Shown here piece by piece: positions 25,661-38,053 of a stretch of DNA of 64,000 bases. The stretch comes from Macrostomum lignano. Taxonomy: Eukaryota. The position numbers were made by a program, and so were the translations under genes. Within the stretch, counting starts at the first letter, position 1; the number at the start of each line of letters is the position of its first letter. The notes beneath the pieces are model-generated. The model saw nothing but the letters and a program-made list of their open reading frames with translations, ran no database searches and was not told the DNA's origin. The stretch spans positions 124,001 through 188,000 of the forward strand of contig NIVC01000905.1 in the NCBI GenBank assembly GCA_002269645.1, in the 5' to 3' direction.

Positions 25661-26283
25661 TTTGCGAGTTTGTGCCAATCTGATTAAATCCAGTCAAAAT
25701 TAACGCGGACTTTCGCTTTTGAGAAAAGGTAAAACTCACGCACGCTGAGCCGACCACAGGACTTAAAGTAAAAAAGCAATTTTTTTCTCGAAAAGTCACT
25801 ATCGCCTGTTTTGCGTCTGCCATGATAAGTAGAGCTTGTGCGCACCTGCTCTTATCTGCCGCAGTGCAGAGCTACCTGGAAAGCCGCTATCAAGTCATGG
25901 ATCTGGAGGCTTGCTGCAGTGCTTCTGACAATTTGCATGCAAATATGGCTGGTCAAGGAGCAATTTAAAACACAAGGAGACTCTACTCAGTAAACCTAAC
26001 AGTCTTCTGAGATCTGAATTCTGAGATCACTGCATAAGTTTGAATCACAAGTTACCTAAACAAATTAAGCCCAGTATCAATAATTATTATTATATTTTTT
26101 GACAGCGCCCTACAGTGACCCTGCCGAACGAACACGGATTCTCTCAGTGCGAGGACTTCAGGTAGCTCGACTTCCATGGTGCTGAATCTTGACTCCATTG
26201 TCTCCGACAGGAGGTCCCTGACCTGGCGATCAGCGCACCAGCTCAGCATCATCCTTAACTCCGTAGCGAGGGGTGACCTAACC

Positions 26284-26710
26284 CAGAAGCGTCACCATGG
26301 ATTTTATGGTGGGGGCGTAGCCAAGAAAATTATTTTCAGAATCAGTGTTGTCAGCACTCATTTTAGTGCCACAGGCACTCTTTTTAGCGCTGCAGGCACT
26401 CATTTTAGCGCTACAGGCACTCATTTTAGCGCCGCAGGCACTCATTTTAGCGCTACAGGCACTCATTTTAGCGCTACAGGCACTCATTTTAGCGCTACAG
26501 GCACTCATTTTAGCGCCGCAGGCACACATTTTAGCGCTACAGGCACTCATTTTAGCGCTACAGGCACTCATTTTAGCGCCGCAGGCACACATTTTAGCGC
26601 TACAGGCACTCATTTTAGCGCTAAAGGCACTCCTTTTAGCGCTACAGGCACTCATTTTAGCGCCGCAGGCACTCATTTTAGCGCCAGGGGCACTCATTTT
26701 AGAGCCCCGC
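26284..26710. repeat. Truncated relative of the 37.5-kb element with a 21-bp minisatellite
   Basis: Shares the head CAGAAGCGTCACCATGGATTTTATG..GGGGC..TAGCCAAGAA. Array ggcactcattttagcgctaca at 26355-26700. Confidence 0.7.
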
Positions 26711-29603
26711 ATGGATTGGTTACCAGGGGATTTAGGCTAACAGGGAGACACATGCAGCCGAGTACAGGGACTCTGCTTGGGGCATGCTCGGGAACTCTGG
26801 GCTCAATCTAGAGGATTTCTCAGCAGGGGATCCTTTGTGGCTGTGAGCGAGGCTGACTTGCGGCTTTGATTACTAAGAGTAGTGTGAGGCGAACATGTAC
26901 TGTCTATAGTTTAGATTGCTCAGGGCGAAGGGACGCGTCAGCATGGGGTTGCAACCTTCCTACTGCCATTCTGTGCCAAGACTCGCTAATCCCCTCTACC
27001 GCACGCACACTCGGACCCGCAGCACGCACTCACAGGCGGGCTTTGCACGGGGAGAGGCCATTAGCTTGCCCAAACTTCCTTTTGCTTTGCCACCCAGGGA
27101 GAAAGGCTTAGCAAGCCATGAGTGAAATGATGGTGAAAGTGTGAATAATGAGGAGTTTAGTAATAGTTAACGATTAGGCCCTTAGGCAAAGTAATCAGAC
27201 AATTAGGCGGCTTCACTATTGAATAAATACAGCAAGTAATACGGTATCACAATTGGCTCAGCTCTCTAATCAAGCAATGGAAAATAGGCAAAACCCGGAT
27301 AAGCAAGGCAATTAGAGCACAAATTAGTAACAGGAACTTACCGGCAGCTGCACAGAGAGAGAGAGAGAGCGCGACGGAGTGACCGTGGGCGGCTGTTGGC
27401 TGTAGACAGGCAGGCTGTAAAGCGGCGATGCGCTAAAGCGACGAGGCGCTGATGTAGTTTAGGCGATGCTGAAGATGCTTGGCGGTAACAGACCGCGGGC
27501 CGGCAGAGGTTCGTCCTATAGACGAATGGGTCAGATCGGTGTCTGACAGCGAGTCCACAGTAGGAAGAGAAGGGACGCGTAGTAACGCTTCTGAGGATTC
27601 TCATGCCGAAAACCGCTTCCTTAAATAGCCTTCCCAGCCGCCGCTCCAAGGTCGTTTCCATGACTCCCTCTCTCTGATTGGCTGGCGGCGAAATGACGTC
27701 AGAATGAGTCATGATGAGAAGCATGAGAACGGCATAACAACATGAGAAATGGGGCAATTGCGCAATCCGGAAGTGGGGTGAGGGGATAATTGGCGCAGCG
27801 GGAGGTCGAGAAAGTGTTGCGCAAGCAAAAATTGAGTACAATGGGGCTGGGGTCGGGAACAAAGGAAATGGAAATCGGGGATAATTGGGGAGAATCGAGA
27901 ACAATATAAAAGTAAACATTGGAGAAAAGGTGCTAATTGGGTGCGAAAAGGAGAACAAAAGAACCAAAAACGAGAACAATAGAAGCGGAGGTGGGTGGGT
28001 GTCGCATGAGAAATTTGGGGAGGAGAACAATAGCATGAGAAAGGTTGCGCAAGAGGGGGTGGTGAGTCATCGATGAGTCATCGAGGGGAAAGAGGGTCAC
28101 AAGGTTTGCGTCACCGTTTGGGAGTTTACTAAGGGTTGGGAGGCGGTGAGCGCACAAAGTACTGTGAGTAGGCACGGGAAGAAGGGGGGACAGCGCAGGA
28201 AAAACAGTCCAAAAGGAAAGAAAAAGAGGGATTTGGGGGAAAAGTACATAATAGATAGGCTAGAGCGCATAGGAAATAGAGTAGCGGGTGAGGGAGCAGA
28301 GGGGGATAGGGGCTCCGGAAAGGCTCGTGTGGTGGGGTGGGAGACGGAGCCGAGGCAGCAGGAGGCGCAGCAGAGCGGGAGTCAGCAGGCCTGGTCAAAG
28401 ACCTGGCCCAGTCTCGACAGCTCTGCTCAAGGGCTGCACCGAGATCGGAGGTACTTTTGAAAAATTTCCCCTGCCATATCCCGCGACCAGAGCGTGGTTA
28501 CATCATTATTTCCATAGCGGGTCTCAGGGTGTGGTGGTAGACTGTAGGGACAAAGCATTGGCATGTCCCCATATCTTTTACTGGGAAGACAGGTTCCCCT
28601 TGACCTAACCGAAGGCGCGCCTTTTCCGCCTTCGAGCATCGTGTACGGGAAGCCGTGCCCGTGACTAGCACGAGAGCAGTCGATGGACGCACTGTACAGG
28701 TCCCTGCTGCGGTACGCGGGCTCGAGTAACCGGCCCTTAGCGTCACCCTGCTCCAGAGACGCCAGATGTTGCTGGGCAGCTGCCTGAGGAGCCACGAGGG
28801 CGGTGATCAGAACCCGCTGGCGCTGACTCCCTTGCCAAGGGTGAACTTTGCTTTTGTTCAAAGCTTTTCATGCTAACCTGAAAGCTGTCAAACTTTACCC
28901 CCACAGTCCGTTGGCACATCTCCCTCTCGTGTGCGCTCAAGGGCCGTGTCTTCTGCGAATATCTACTATTTATTAGCCATTGTGATGGTAGTGCTAAACA
29001 GCAATACATTTGGTGCTAATGAAGTTCCGGCTTTTTATGTCCTTGAACTTGAGACCAGGTATCCATGTGAAGTTTCAGGTACCTATCGATCTCCCTCGAT
29101 AACTACACACAAAGGTGACCGCAATGCCTTGGATGCCAAGTTTCGAGTGTATTGTAAGACATAAGCACAAAATATTTGCATGAGTCCCAGATGGTCCTTG
29201 GCGATGGCGAAGCGCTAGCGGTGAGGCGTTATAAACATTATATTGCATATTCGCAGGCACACCTCAAACACACTCTCACACATCCTCATCATCTCAGGCA
29301 TGTACACTGGGTTTTTTGCATTCTGAGTCCAGAATCAGGCTGCTAAATTGAAAACCAGGATGCCAGCAGGCATCAGTCGAAAAAGTTCAAAATCTAATAA
29401 AACACCAACATCTCTACCTTACCCTTTACACTGTTGAGCCTCTCTGACCCACAGAAGCGGCAGACATCTGCCAACTCCCATGTCTACAGATTGCTCAAAT
29501 TTGAAAATTGATAGACATCTTTTGTAGCAATACTAAGAGTCCCAATTAATACAAAATTAAGGGTATTACATGTACAAAATCCTAGCATGTACTCTCCGTT
29601 GTT

Positions 29604-29650
29604 CAAGGACCACTAGAAGTTACCGTCACCGTACCTTCTAGTGGTCCTTG
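29604..29650. mobile_element. 47-bp palindromic mini-derivative with the same TIR as 54779-56368
   Basis: caaggaccactagaag-ttaccgtcaccgtac-cttctagtggtccttg (perfect 16-bp arms). Confidence 0.6.
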
Positions 29651-31717
29651 TCCGAGTCCCTTGGGATTGGCTCTCATGGGTATTACTTGCACTACAGAAT
29701 CCCGGCCACATTTTGAGAACGCAAACCTGAAATGATGTGGCTTGAAGTGGTGACTGACACGAAATATATCAGACTGCCTTCCTTAAAACATTTAATGAGA
29801 CATTGCCTTTCTGTTATGACTTTGTAAATCGACTTAGCATTTTAATCAATCTTGTGAATACACCCACAAGAGGTTTGAAAAGCTTTCAGATAGCTATCAG
29901 GTAGCTTTGTAGATAAATCTACTAAAAGAGCCTTCCAAACAAATCTACTTTTATGCAAACACAAGAAACGAAAAAAAACGCTGAAACCTTTTCATATTAG
30001 ACATAATCATAATTTAAATTGAAGATCGGTTATTAAATTTTTATTGAATAGTATAAAATTTGGAATCAATGACAAGAAGCAGTTTTAAGTCTGATTCATT
30101 TTTAAAATCAACCAACGAAGTCGAATAGACAATATTTTTGAAGTCTTGCAGTTGTGCTCCTCAACTGTCGCTCTTGCCTGTCTTCTTGCCGATGTAGCAG
30201 ACGTGCAAAAACAGAATTCTTCGATCAAATCTGAAAAAGTAAAAACGTAGGAGATTTCGAAATTTTGTTATTTACGAAATATCTCTGCATAAGGCAATTG
30301 AACAGCTTTTCATTGACCATACTCATAAATAGTGATTATCCCATTCAAAAATAAATTCACTCGGTTTTTTAATCTAGGGTTAAGCTCAAGGACTACTAAA
30401 GTCCAACGGTGCAAGGGTAACTTCTCAGTGATCCTGGGTTCAAATCTTCTCAAGGGTCTGTAAGGGTGATGATTACTAGCTTCTGAATGTGAGATTGAAG
30501 CGTTGAAGCGTTCTTGAACAAGAGATTCGAACTTGGGGTAGGCAGTAACTTTAAATCAATGTGTCATGCTGTTGAAACATTCGAATAGCATTATCGAGGA
30601 AGCTCTATGTATACTACTTTCTGGTTTTATCTTTAGTAGTATAAGCGACCTCCTACTGATATGAAAAACGGTAAAGTTATGTCATTATTCTTATTCCAAC
30701 TGCATACACTTTTTGAGCTGAAAATTTGAACTGCGCTTGCTGTAATTAAAAACTACCTATTTATTGTAGGTATGATTACATTAGAAGTAGCAATCGTTAC
30801 TTTGGAGAAGGGCTTTGAGCAATCGCACAAAATCGAAAGACCACAGAAGACACAGTCGTGCCCATTCACCTGAGCCACTACGCAGGCACACAATGACAGA
30901 GGAGTCACATCGGACCTGACTTTATAATCGTCCTAAACTGACCTGACGATTTTCATTTAAGATTCAATTCAGACTACTGAGAAAAGTAGACAAATAAAGA
31001 TTTGAGTTGTAAAATTCCTCACAAAGCCATTAAAGAACATCCTGCGGACACTAAGCTTGGCGGGAGAGAACCGTGTGTGGCTGTGGCGGACTGACGACAG
31101 ACATTTTAGCGTGTCACAGTCAAGAAGTACACAGAAACTAAGAGCATTCCTACAGCTCGCTCACCGAGACAGTCCGTGCAGACTTCTGGCCGGAAGAATG
31201 TCAGCATTGGGCGCCCATCTGCGGCACTCCTCTCGAGCTTTGGGAAGACTTCCCGGATAGATTTTCGTGTAGCACATCTGTAGGCTGGCACCAGGACCTC
31301 TGGAAATCGGCGACCAGGCGGCTGATGGACATCTGGTCCTGACGGTTTTCTCTTGAGCAGCATCAGCTGCATCATTCTTAGCTGTCTCCGGCTGCTGGAC
31401 TCGCATCGGCGCCTTGCAAAAGTGAAAATGTCGCGCCTCAGGCTGGTAGGTGCGCCACAGCAGACGGGTCTCGGCGTCGACCAGCAAGCCGAAGTTCATG
31501 GGCGGGCGGCTGGGACCGACAAGCCAGCTTCTGCAGTGCCGGCAGGAATGGAAATCACGCTTTAGTCAATCGTGAAGCATTCACATGTAAGGCGTATGAC
31601 CCAACTATGACAAAAGAGAGTGTTTGAATTCATGTCACACGGATTTGGGTTTCGGCCGGAAGGGATGGGGCTGCCTCACAATCCCACTTCAGGGAAATGG
31701 GGCCTATGGTTCTGGCG

Positions 31718-32448
31718 CCCCTGGTGCTAAAGCCCCTGGTGCTAAAGCCCCTGGTGCTAAAGCCCCTGGTGCTAAAGCCCCTGGTGCTAAAGCCCCTGGT
31801 GCTAAAGCCCCTGGTGCTAAAGCCCCTGGTGCTAAAGCCCCTGGTGCTAAAGCCCCTGGTGCTAAAGCCCCTGGTGCTAAAGCCCCTGGTGCTAAAGCCC
31901 CTGGTGCTAAAGCCCCTGGTGCTAAAGCCCCTGGTGCTAAAGCCCCTGGTGCTAAAGCCCCTGGTGCTAAAGCCCCTGGTGCTAAAGCCCCTGGTGCTAA
32001 AGCCCCTGGTGCTAAAGCCCCTGGTGCTAAAGCCCCTGGTGCTAAAGCCCCTGGTGCTAAAGCCCCTGGTGCTAAAGCCCCTGGTGCTAAAGCCCCTGGT
32101 GCTAAAGCCCCTGGTGCTAAAGCCCCTGGTGCTAAAGCCCCTGGTGCTAAAGCCCCTGGTGCTAAAGCCCCTGGTGCTAAAGCCCCTGGTGCTAAAGCCC
32201 CTGGTGCTAAAGCCCCTGGTGCTAAAGCCCCTGGTGCTAAAGCCCCTGGTGCTAAAGCCCCTGGTGCTAAAGCCCCTGGTGCTAAAGCCCCTGGTGCTAA
32301 AGCCCCTGGTGCTAAAGCCCCTGGTGCTAAAGCCCCTGGTGCTAAAGCCCCTGGTGCTAAAGCCCCTGGTGCTAAAGCCCCTGGTGCTAAAGCCCCTGGT
32401 GCTAAAGCCCCTGGTGCTAAAGCCCCTGGTGCTAAAGCCCCTGGTGCT
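31718..32448. repeat. Perfect 15-bp minisatellite (cccctggtgctaaag) x48
   Basis: No variant unit seen across 720 bp. Confidence 0.97.
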
Positions 32449-32699
32449 GGCGCTCCTTAGATGAGGAAGCCAACTTTTGAGCAGTCCTGGCTATGCCCCC
32501 TGCTACGAATACCTGACTTCCCAAACCTATCCATGCCTTGATGAATAAAGTTCAGCTTTCGTAGCTTTCAAAAACGCGAAACAAATCAAATGTCTCAACT
32601 GCAGCTACTCGTAGGGAATAACTGAATAGTCGCTAACTGAATAGGACTGGTATGTCCCAGTAGCTTCCCAGAGTGTCCCAGGCCACCTGCAACCAGAGC

Positions 32700-33043
32700 T
32701 CACACGCTGACGTTGATGCCGGAGTTGTCTCTGAGCCACTTGAACTTCCCTCCGTCTGCCTCGTCTCTGTACAGTCCGGTCCACGCCGCGTCTCCTTGAA
32801 ACCTGCAGTCTCTGCACTGAGCTCTGTAGTCTTCTCTGAGTCTCCAGTTCCTTGCTGAGTAGTCCATCACCCAGTTCATCTCCGACTGAGATGTGATCCA
32901 CAGCAGGTGAGCAGACGGGTCTCGTCTCTGACAGTCAGAAACTGCCGCTGTGAGGTTTCGTCCGTTGGATCCCTTGACCAGGAGGTAGCAGAAGCCATTG
33001 AATTGCAGCCAGTCTGCTGTCGCACACGAACCTCTGTGTCCAT
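32700..33043 (-). CDS. C-type lectin-like domain exon (partial CTLD)
   Basis: SCATADWLQFNGFCYLLV..AAVSDCQRRDPSAHLLWITSQSEMNWV..AWTGLY..KFKWLRD matches the CTLD pattern C..W..F.G.CY / A...C / L..I.S..E / WIGL / W. Acceptor cccacag|AT is phase 1. The frame stops before any EPN/QPD/WND motif. Confidence 0.85.
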
Positions 33044-35888
33044 CTGTGGGGAGGGCAGCCCCTGACTTATCGGCCCAAATTTTTGCCAAAATTATCATCC
33101 GATACAGAGACCTCCTACTGCCTGATAAATATCTAATGACAGCAAATATCAGTCACTTTTAGGAAGGCCTGCAATCAATTTACTGAGTCAGAAGTAAGAA
33201 GAAGAGTAAGAAGTCAGGGAAACTCAGTCAGTCAGTCACTGATATGTGATATAATTCCGACAAGTTAAAAATTTCGACATTGTGGAAGTCAAAAACGTTT
33301 GCCACAGCTGCTCTGCCCTTCGAGTATTCATCTGCATCAATGATTATGCTCAGGTAAATATTGTTTAAAAAGATGCATGCAGGAAAACCGGTGGCACCGC
33401 AGCAGCCGAGCACTCACTGGTCAGCTGATTTGACAAAGCCGTGATGACGTCATCAAAGCCGCCCTCCTTCTGCACAGCCACCCGCAGCTCATATTCCTGT
33501 CCAGACTGCAGGGAGCCGCAGGTGGCAGACGGAGTGGGTGAAGACGCGGTCGAGACTTCACCTGAGCCGACTCGCTTGCAGGTGAGCTGGTACGAGACGC
33601 CAGAAGTGCTGGATGGCTGCCAAGTCACAGAGATGGCGGTCTCATTGGAGCTGTACTGAGCTGAGCTGGCGTCAATGCCGAACAGCTCTGCAATGAAACG
33701 GACCCAATAGAAGCGAGCTGTGCCTCATCAGAGCAGCTGCAATCATTTACTGAGCTCCAACTCACTGGTCAGCTGGATTGGCAGCCAGGTGACAACTTCA
33801 TCGAAGCCGCCCTGCTTAGTCACAGCCACACTCAGGTTGTAGGCCTCTCCTGACTGCAGACTGCTGATGCTGGCACTCAGATACTGTGATGGAGGCAGAG
33901 ATGTTGACGTCCCTGTGCTGACTCGCCTGCAGGTCACCCGGTACAGAACTCCTTCAGTGATGGACGCCGCCCAAGTCAGGGTGATGGAAGTCTCTGTGAT
34001 GGTGAAACTCACTGAGCTGGCGTCAATCGGGAAGAGCTCTGTGGTAGCGAGGTGGGTGAGCAGCTCCTGACTTAAAAGTCCCAATTTTTGTCTTATTATC
34101 AATTTACACCGGGGCATGCCTGCCTGATAAATATCTAATGACTGCAAATGTTTGTTTTTTAGCAAGTAGAAATATAAGTGTTTCTCAAAATCAGTGAGCA
34201 TTTCGAATCAATAATTTATTTCATGTCGTGTGGTCTGTGGTGTGATATAATGTTAGCTAGTTAAACCAAAACTTGTTCTCAGTATTAGCGGCTACAAGAA
34301 AAAAACTTTAATGTGCATTTTTCAAAACTGTATAAAATTGTAGACAAAAGTAGAAACGTTGCTGGAGACGTCATGAAAATTGGAAGGCTTTACTAACTCG
34401 ATGAATTCACCGTAGCTAATGGAGCAGCAACTGCTAATGGAGAGCAAGCTCTGAAATCACTGTTTCGAGGAAGCATAGTCGAAGGAATCGCAATGGATAA
34501 GAGCAGCATGCAGGCTGACGGCATCTCATTTTGTAAGGCATGCGTGGAAGGCAAAATGCACAAAAAACCATTTGGGAAAGGTGAGAGTTCAATGTGCAAC
34601 GAACTGTTGTCTCTGATTCACAGCGGTTGACTTAGCTGCAGGGCGGTCCGAAGACGCAGCGGGGAGGCGAGCGTCGCCCATTCCGCTAGATTCACAGCGG
34701 TGCAAATAAAAGAAACCACATCGATTGGAGCTGGCGTCGATGCCAACAGCTCTGCAATGAAACGGACCCAATAGACCACATCAAAGCAACCTCATGAGAG
34801 CAGCTGCAATCATTTAATGAGCTCTATATCACTTGTCAGATGGATTGGCTGAGTGACACTGGACTGAGTGCACTTACGATTTATTTTCAAAAGGCTGATA
34901 AACTCCTCTAGTGATTTAATATCAGCCAAAGATGCCTAGAGGTCACACATGGATGACTGAGTGTTGTAAATACTTTATAAAACATATCATTAACAGGTAA
35001 TTAATATTTTTGAGCTCACTGGTCAAAGCTGTGCCATGAATGAAAGGTGCAGGCGGAAACCCAGTCTTGACAGGTCTCACTGTGACTGTGACAGAGGCTC
35101 CGGATGGCTGGCCTGTGCACACAGCGGTTGTGTCTGGCACTCTGCCAGCGCAGCTCACTTCATACTCGACTCCGACATCGGGAGAGGCCGCCCACCGGGC
35201 TCTGAAGCTCGTCTCCGTCACATCCGAAATGTGCACTGATCCTGGGACTTTGTTGAGATCTGCAATTGTGTTGGGACTTGCTAAACTGATGTTTTAAAGT
35301 TTCGCGAGGTTTGGTACTTAAGCAGTATTAAATTAGCAATAATTTTTATTTTCAATAGTAAATGAATCATCTAATAATCAAATGAAGATTAGTTGGAGTC
35401 AAAATTCAAAATGAATTTATTCAGAAATCCAGGTGGCCAGGTGTGGCAGCCAACATTTTGCACTGAATGACCCACGCAGTTTCATTCTCACCTGTCCTTC
35501 CAGAAAGATGGAATGCAGGGCTGAGTCTGCAATTCCGAAGTCCAGCCTGAATGGAGAAGTTGTACTCAGTAGCCGCTGGGAGATCTCGAAACGTGAATGT
35601 CTCATCTGAAGCGTTGAGTTGCTGAGTGGGACAGCTGGGGCAGCTCAGTGTATAAAAGTACCCTGTGATGCCACTGTCTGGTGCCAGCCAATCAACAATT
35701 ATTGATGAATTTGTGGAAGAGCGAACAGCAGCCACTGTCACAGGATCCACCTGACCCGGCACCAGTTTTCCACACGACGTGCCTTGAGCAGCCGCCTCAT
35801 CGCACAGCAGCAGAGCAGCTGCAGCAGCAACCAGAAGCAGCCTGTAGAAGCAGAAGAGAGACCGAGCTCTGTCTGCTTGAGAACTCAT
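32700..35888 (-). CDS. R4: FN3 x4 + C-type lectin domain protein (A-B-D-C-CTLD), possibly secreted or truncated
   Basis: Exons 35888-35492 (leader differs: MSSQADRARSLFCFYRLLLVAAAAALLLC), 35259-35020, 34038-33766, 33687-33418, 33043-32700. All junctions are phase 1 and in frame. No TM exon was found downstream. Confidence 0.7.
34400..34630 (+). mobile_element. Ty1/Copia GAG-pre-integrase / integrase N-terminal fragment
   Basis: Frame from 34442: EQALKSLFRGSIVEGIAM..FCKACVEGKMHKKPFGKGESSMCNELLSLIHSG*. This matches the Copia C..C..GK....PF ... L.LIHSD signature. Not in the ORF track. Confidence 0.75.
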
Positions 35889-36659
35889 TTAGTAGTTTTG
35901 TTTAGTTCGTTTTTAAAACTCTACCCGGTAGTTTATTTATATTCAGTCAGTATGGCTTGCTTTGAAAACTTATTTTTTCAGCTCGACTTTCAGTTCTATT
36001 TATAGGCGATTAATGATTACCCATGACTAATGCTTTATCAGACCATCCGTAACTCACTCGTTTACCATCAGCTCGCTCTTATCTGTAGTTTTCTACTGTA
36101 TCATGCAACCTATGGCTATAGGCCTTGCCTTGTGTAGCGAAGCGTACGCTTTGTACAGACGTACTCGTATATATGTATGCGTGTAACATGTGGATTAAAT
36201 AGAAAATCTAGCTGAAATAAGAGTCAGTACTCATAAAGTCAAGAAATTTCGAAAAAAAACTGTTCTTATCGAGCTCGTGTTTTTTATCTGGACCCGGATA
36301 AGTCCATACAGTAATTCACTGGTTAGCTGAGTTCATTTGAAAATTTGGAGTCTTCTTTTGCAGCCTGCATAAGTGTATTCAGTTTAGAATTGATAAGGTA
36401 TCCATATCCGGTTTGTCTTTTTTTTCAATATTGCATCGCAAACGAAAAAAAATAGCAAATCTAAGGATTATTTAAAATCTAAATTAGTTCCAACATTTTC
36501 CGCTCAAGTTTGCTTGTTGATTTAGAAAATTTGTCAGAGTACAGATATAGACGTGGCACCTTCTCAGCACAATTAGTGCAAAGGAAACTGCCGTCCCCCT
36601 CACCCCCGAAGCACAGCTAGCGACCAGTGCAACGCCCCTCGTATGGCGCCCTTTGCAAG

Positions 36660-37310
36660 GCGCCCCCCAGTGTTTTGCCCCCAGTGTGTTCCCCCCAGTG
36701 TGTTGCCCCCCCAGTGTGTTGCCCCCCCAGTGTGTTTCCCCCCCCAGTGTGTTCCCCCCCAGTGTGTTGGCCCCTAGTGTGTTGCCCCCCCAGTGTGTTG
36801 GCCCCTAGTGTGTTGCCCCCCCCCAGTTTGTTGCCCCCCAGTGTGTTGCCCCCCAGTGTGTTGCCCCCAGTGTGTTTGCCCCCCCCCCAGTGTGTTGCCC
36901 CCCCCCCAGTGTGTTGACCCCCCAGTGTGCTGCCCCCAGTGTGTTGCCCCCCCCCCCAGTGTGCTGCCCCCAGTGTGTTGCCGCTAGTGTGTTGCCCCCC
37001 AGTGTGTTGACCCCCCAGTGTGCTGCCCCCAGTGTGTTGCCCCCCCAGTGTGTTGCCCCCCAGTGTGTTCCCCCCCAGTGTGCTGCCCCCAGTGTGTTGC
37101 CCCCCCCCCAGTGTGCTGCCCCCAGTGTGTTGCCCCCCAGTGTGTTGCCCCAGTGTGTTGCCCCCCAGTGTGTTGCCCTCAGTGTGTTGCCCCCAGTGTG
37201 TTGCCCCAGTGTGTTGCCCCCCGTGTGTTGCCCCCCTGTGCGTTGCCCCTCAGTGTGTTGCCCTCAGTGTGTTGCCCCCCTGTGCGTTGCCCCCCAGTGT
37301 GTTGCCTCAT
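36660..37310. repeat. Degenerate C-rich minisatellite (ccccagtgtgttgccc, variable C runs)
   Basis: Tandem repeats. Confidence 0.9.
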
Positions 37311-37487
37311 ATATCTCATTGTTTTTGTTTACCTATGCATTATTTGTAATTGATCTTTTTCGCCCGAGGAGAATTGTAGAGAGCATTGCAGGCTTCGTCA
37401 AACCTCATTCAAATCTCATTTAAAATTTAAACTACGACTTTATAGGTAAGAACTGTTCGGGATGATTTTACATTGCAACCCGTACTC

Positions 37488-38053
37488 CAGCGGCGTTGCC
37501 ATGGATTTTATGATAGTAGGGGCGGACTTAGCCAAGAATGCTGTACATGACTAAATTCCTAAAACTATTTCGGTAATCAGTGCTTTTAGCACTCATTATT
37601 GCGCCGCAGGCATTCGTTTTGGCGCCGCAAGCAGGCAATCATTTTGGCGCCGCAGGCAGGCACTCATTATTTTGGCGCCGCAGGCAGGGCACTCATTTTG
37701 GCGCCGCAGACAGGCACTCATTATTTTGGCGCCGCAGACAGGCACTCATTTTGGCGCCGCAGGCAGGGCACTCATTTTGGCGCCGCAGACAGGCACTCAT
37801 TTTGGCGCCGCAGATAGGCACTCATTTTGGCGCCGCAGGTAGGCACTCATTCTGGCGCCGCAGGTAGGCACTCATTCTGGCGCCACAGACAGGCACTCAT
37901 TTTGGCGCCGCAGGCAGGCTCTCGATTCATTTTGGCGCCAATAGAGGCGCTATACCTTGGCGCCCTAAAGAAAAACTATTGCTTTCTAAAACAAGTTGGG
38001 GCAGGGGGTCAAAACATTGACATGCCCGCCATGCCCCCTATGCTACGCCCCTG
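37488..38053. mobile_element. Minisatellite-bearing non-autonomous TIR element
   Basis: Starts CAGCGGCGTTGCCATGG and ends TGCTACGCCCCTG (imperfect TIR of CAGGGGCGTAGC type). Contains a 25-bp array ggcactcattttggcgccgcagaca (37600-37940). Flanks ccgtactc/ccgtgcgt match only partially. Confidence 0.55.

Noticed and set aside
26050-31600. Genes or transposase ORFs at 26052-26252, 27338-28861, 31057-31565
   Set aside because: Probably transposon-derived, but I could not recognise any diagnostic motif; left unclassified.
31624-32464. GAKAP and PLVLK repeat ORFs (278 and 255 aa)
   Set aside because: Stop-free frames of a 15-bp minisatellite; no splice signals or unique coding flanks.
36627-37423. 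Cys/Pro-rich metallothionein- or keratin-associated-like ORFs
   Set aside because: Products of the ccccagtgtgttg minisatellite, open in several frames.
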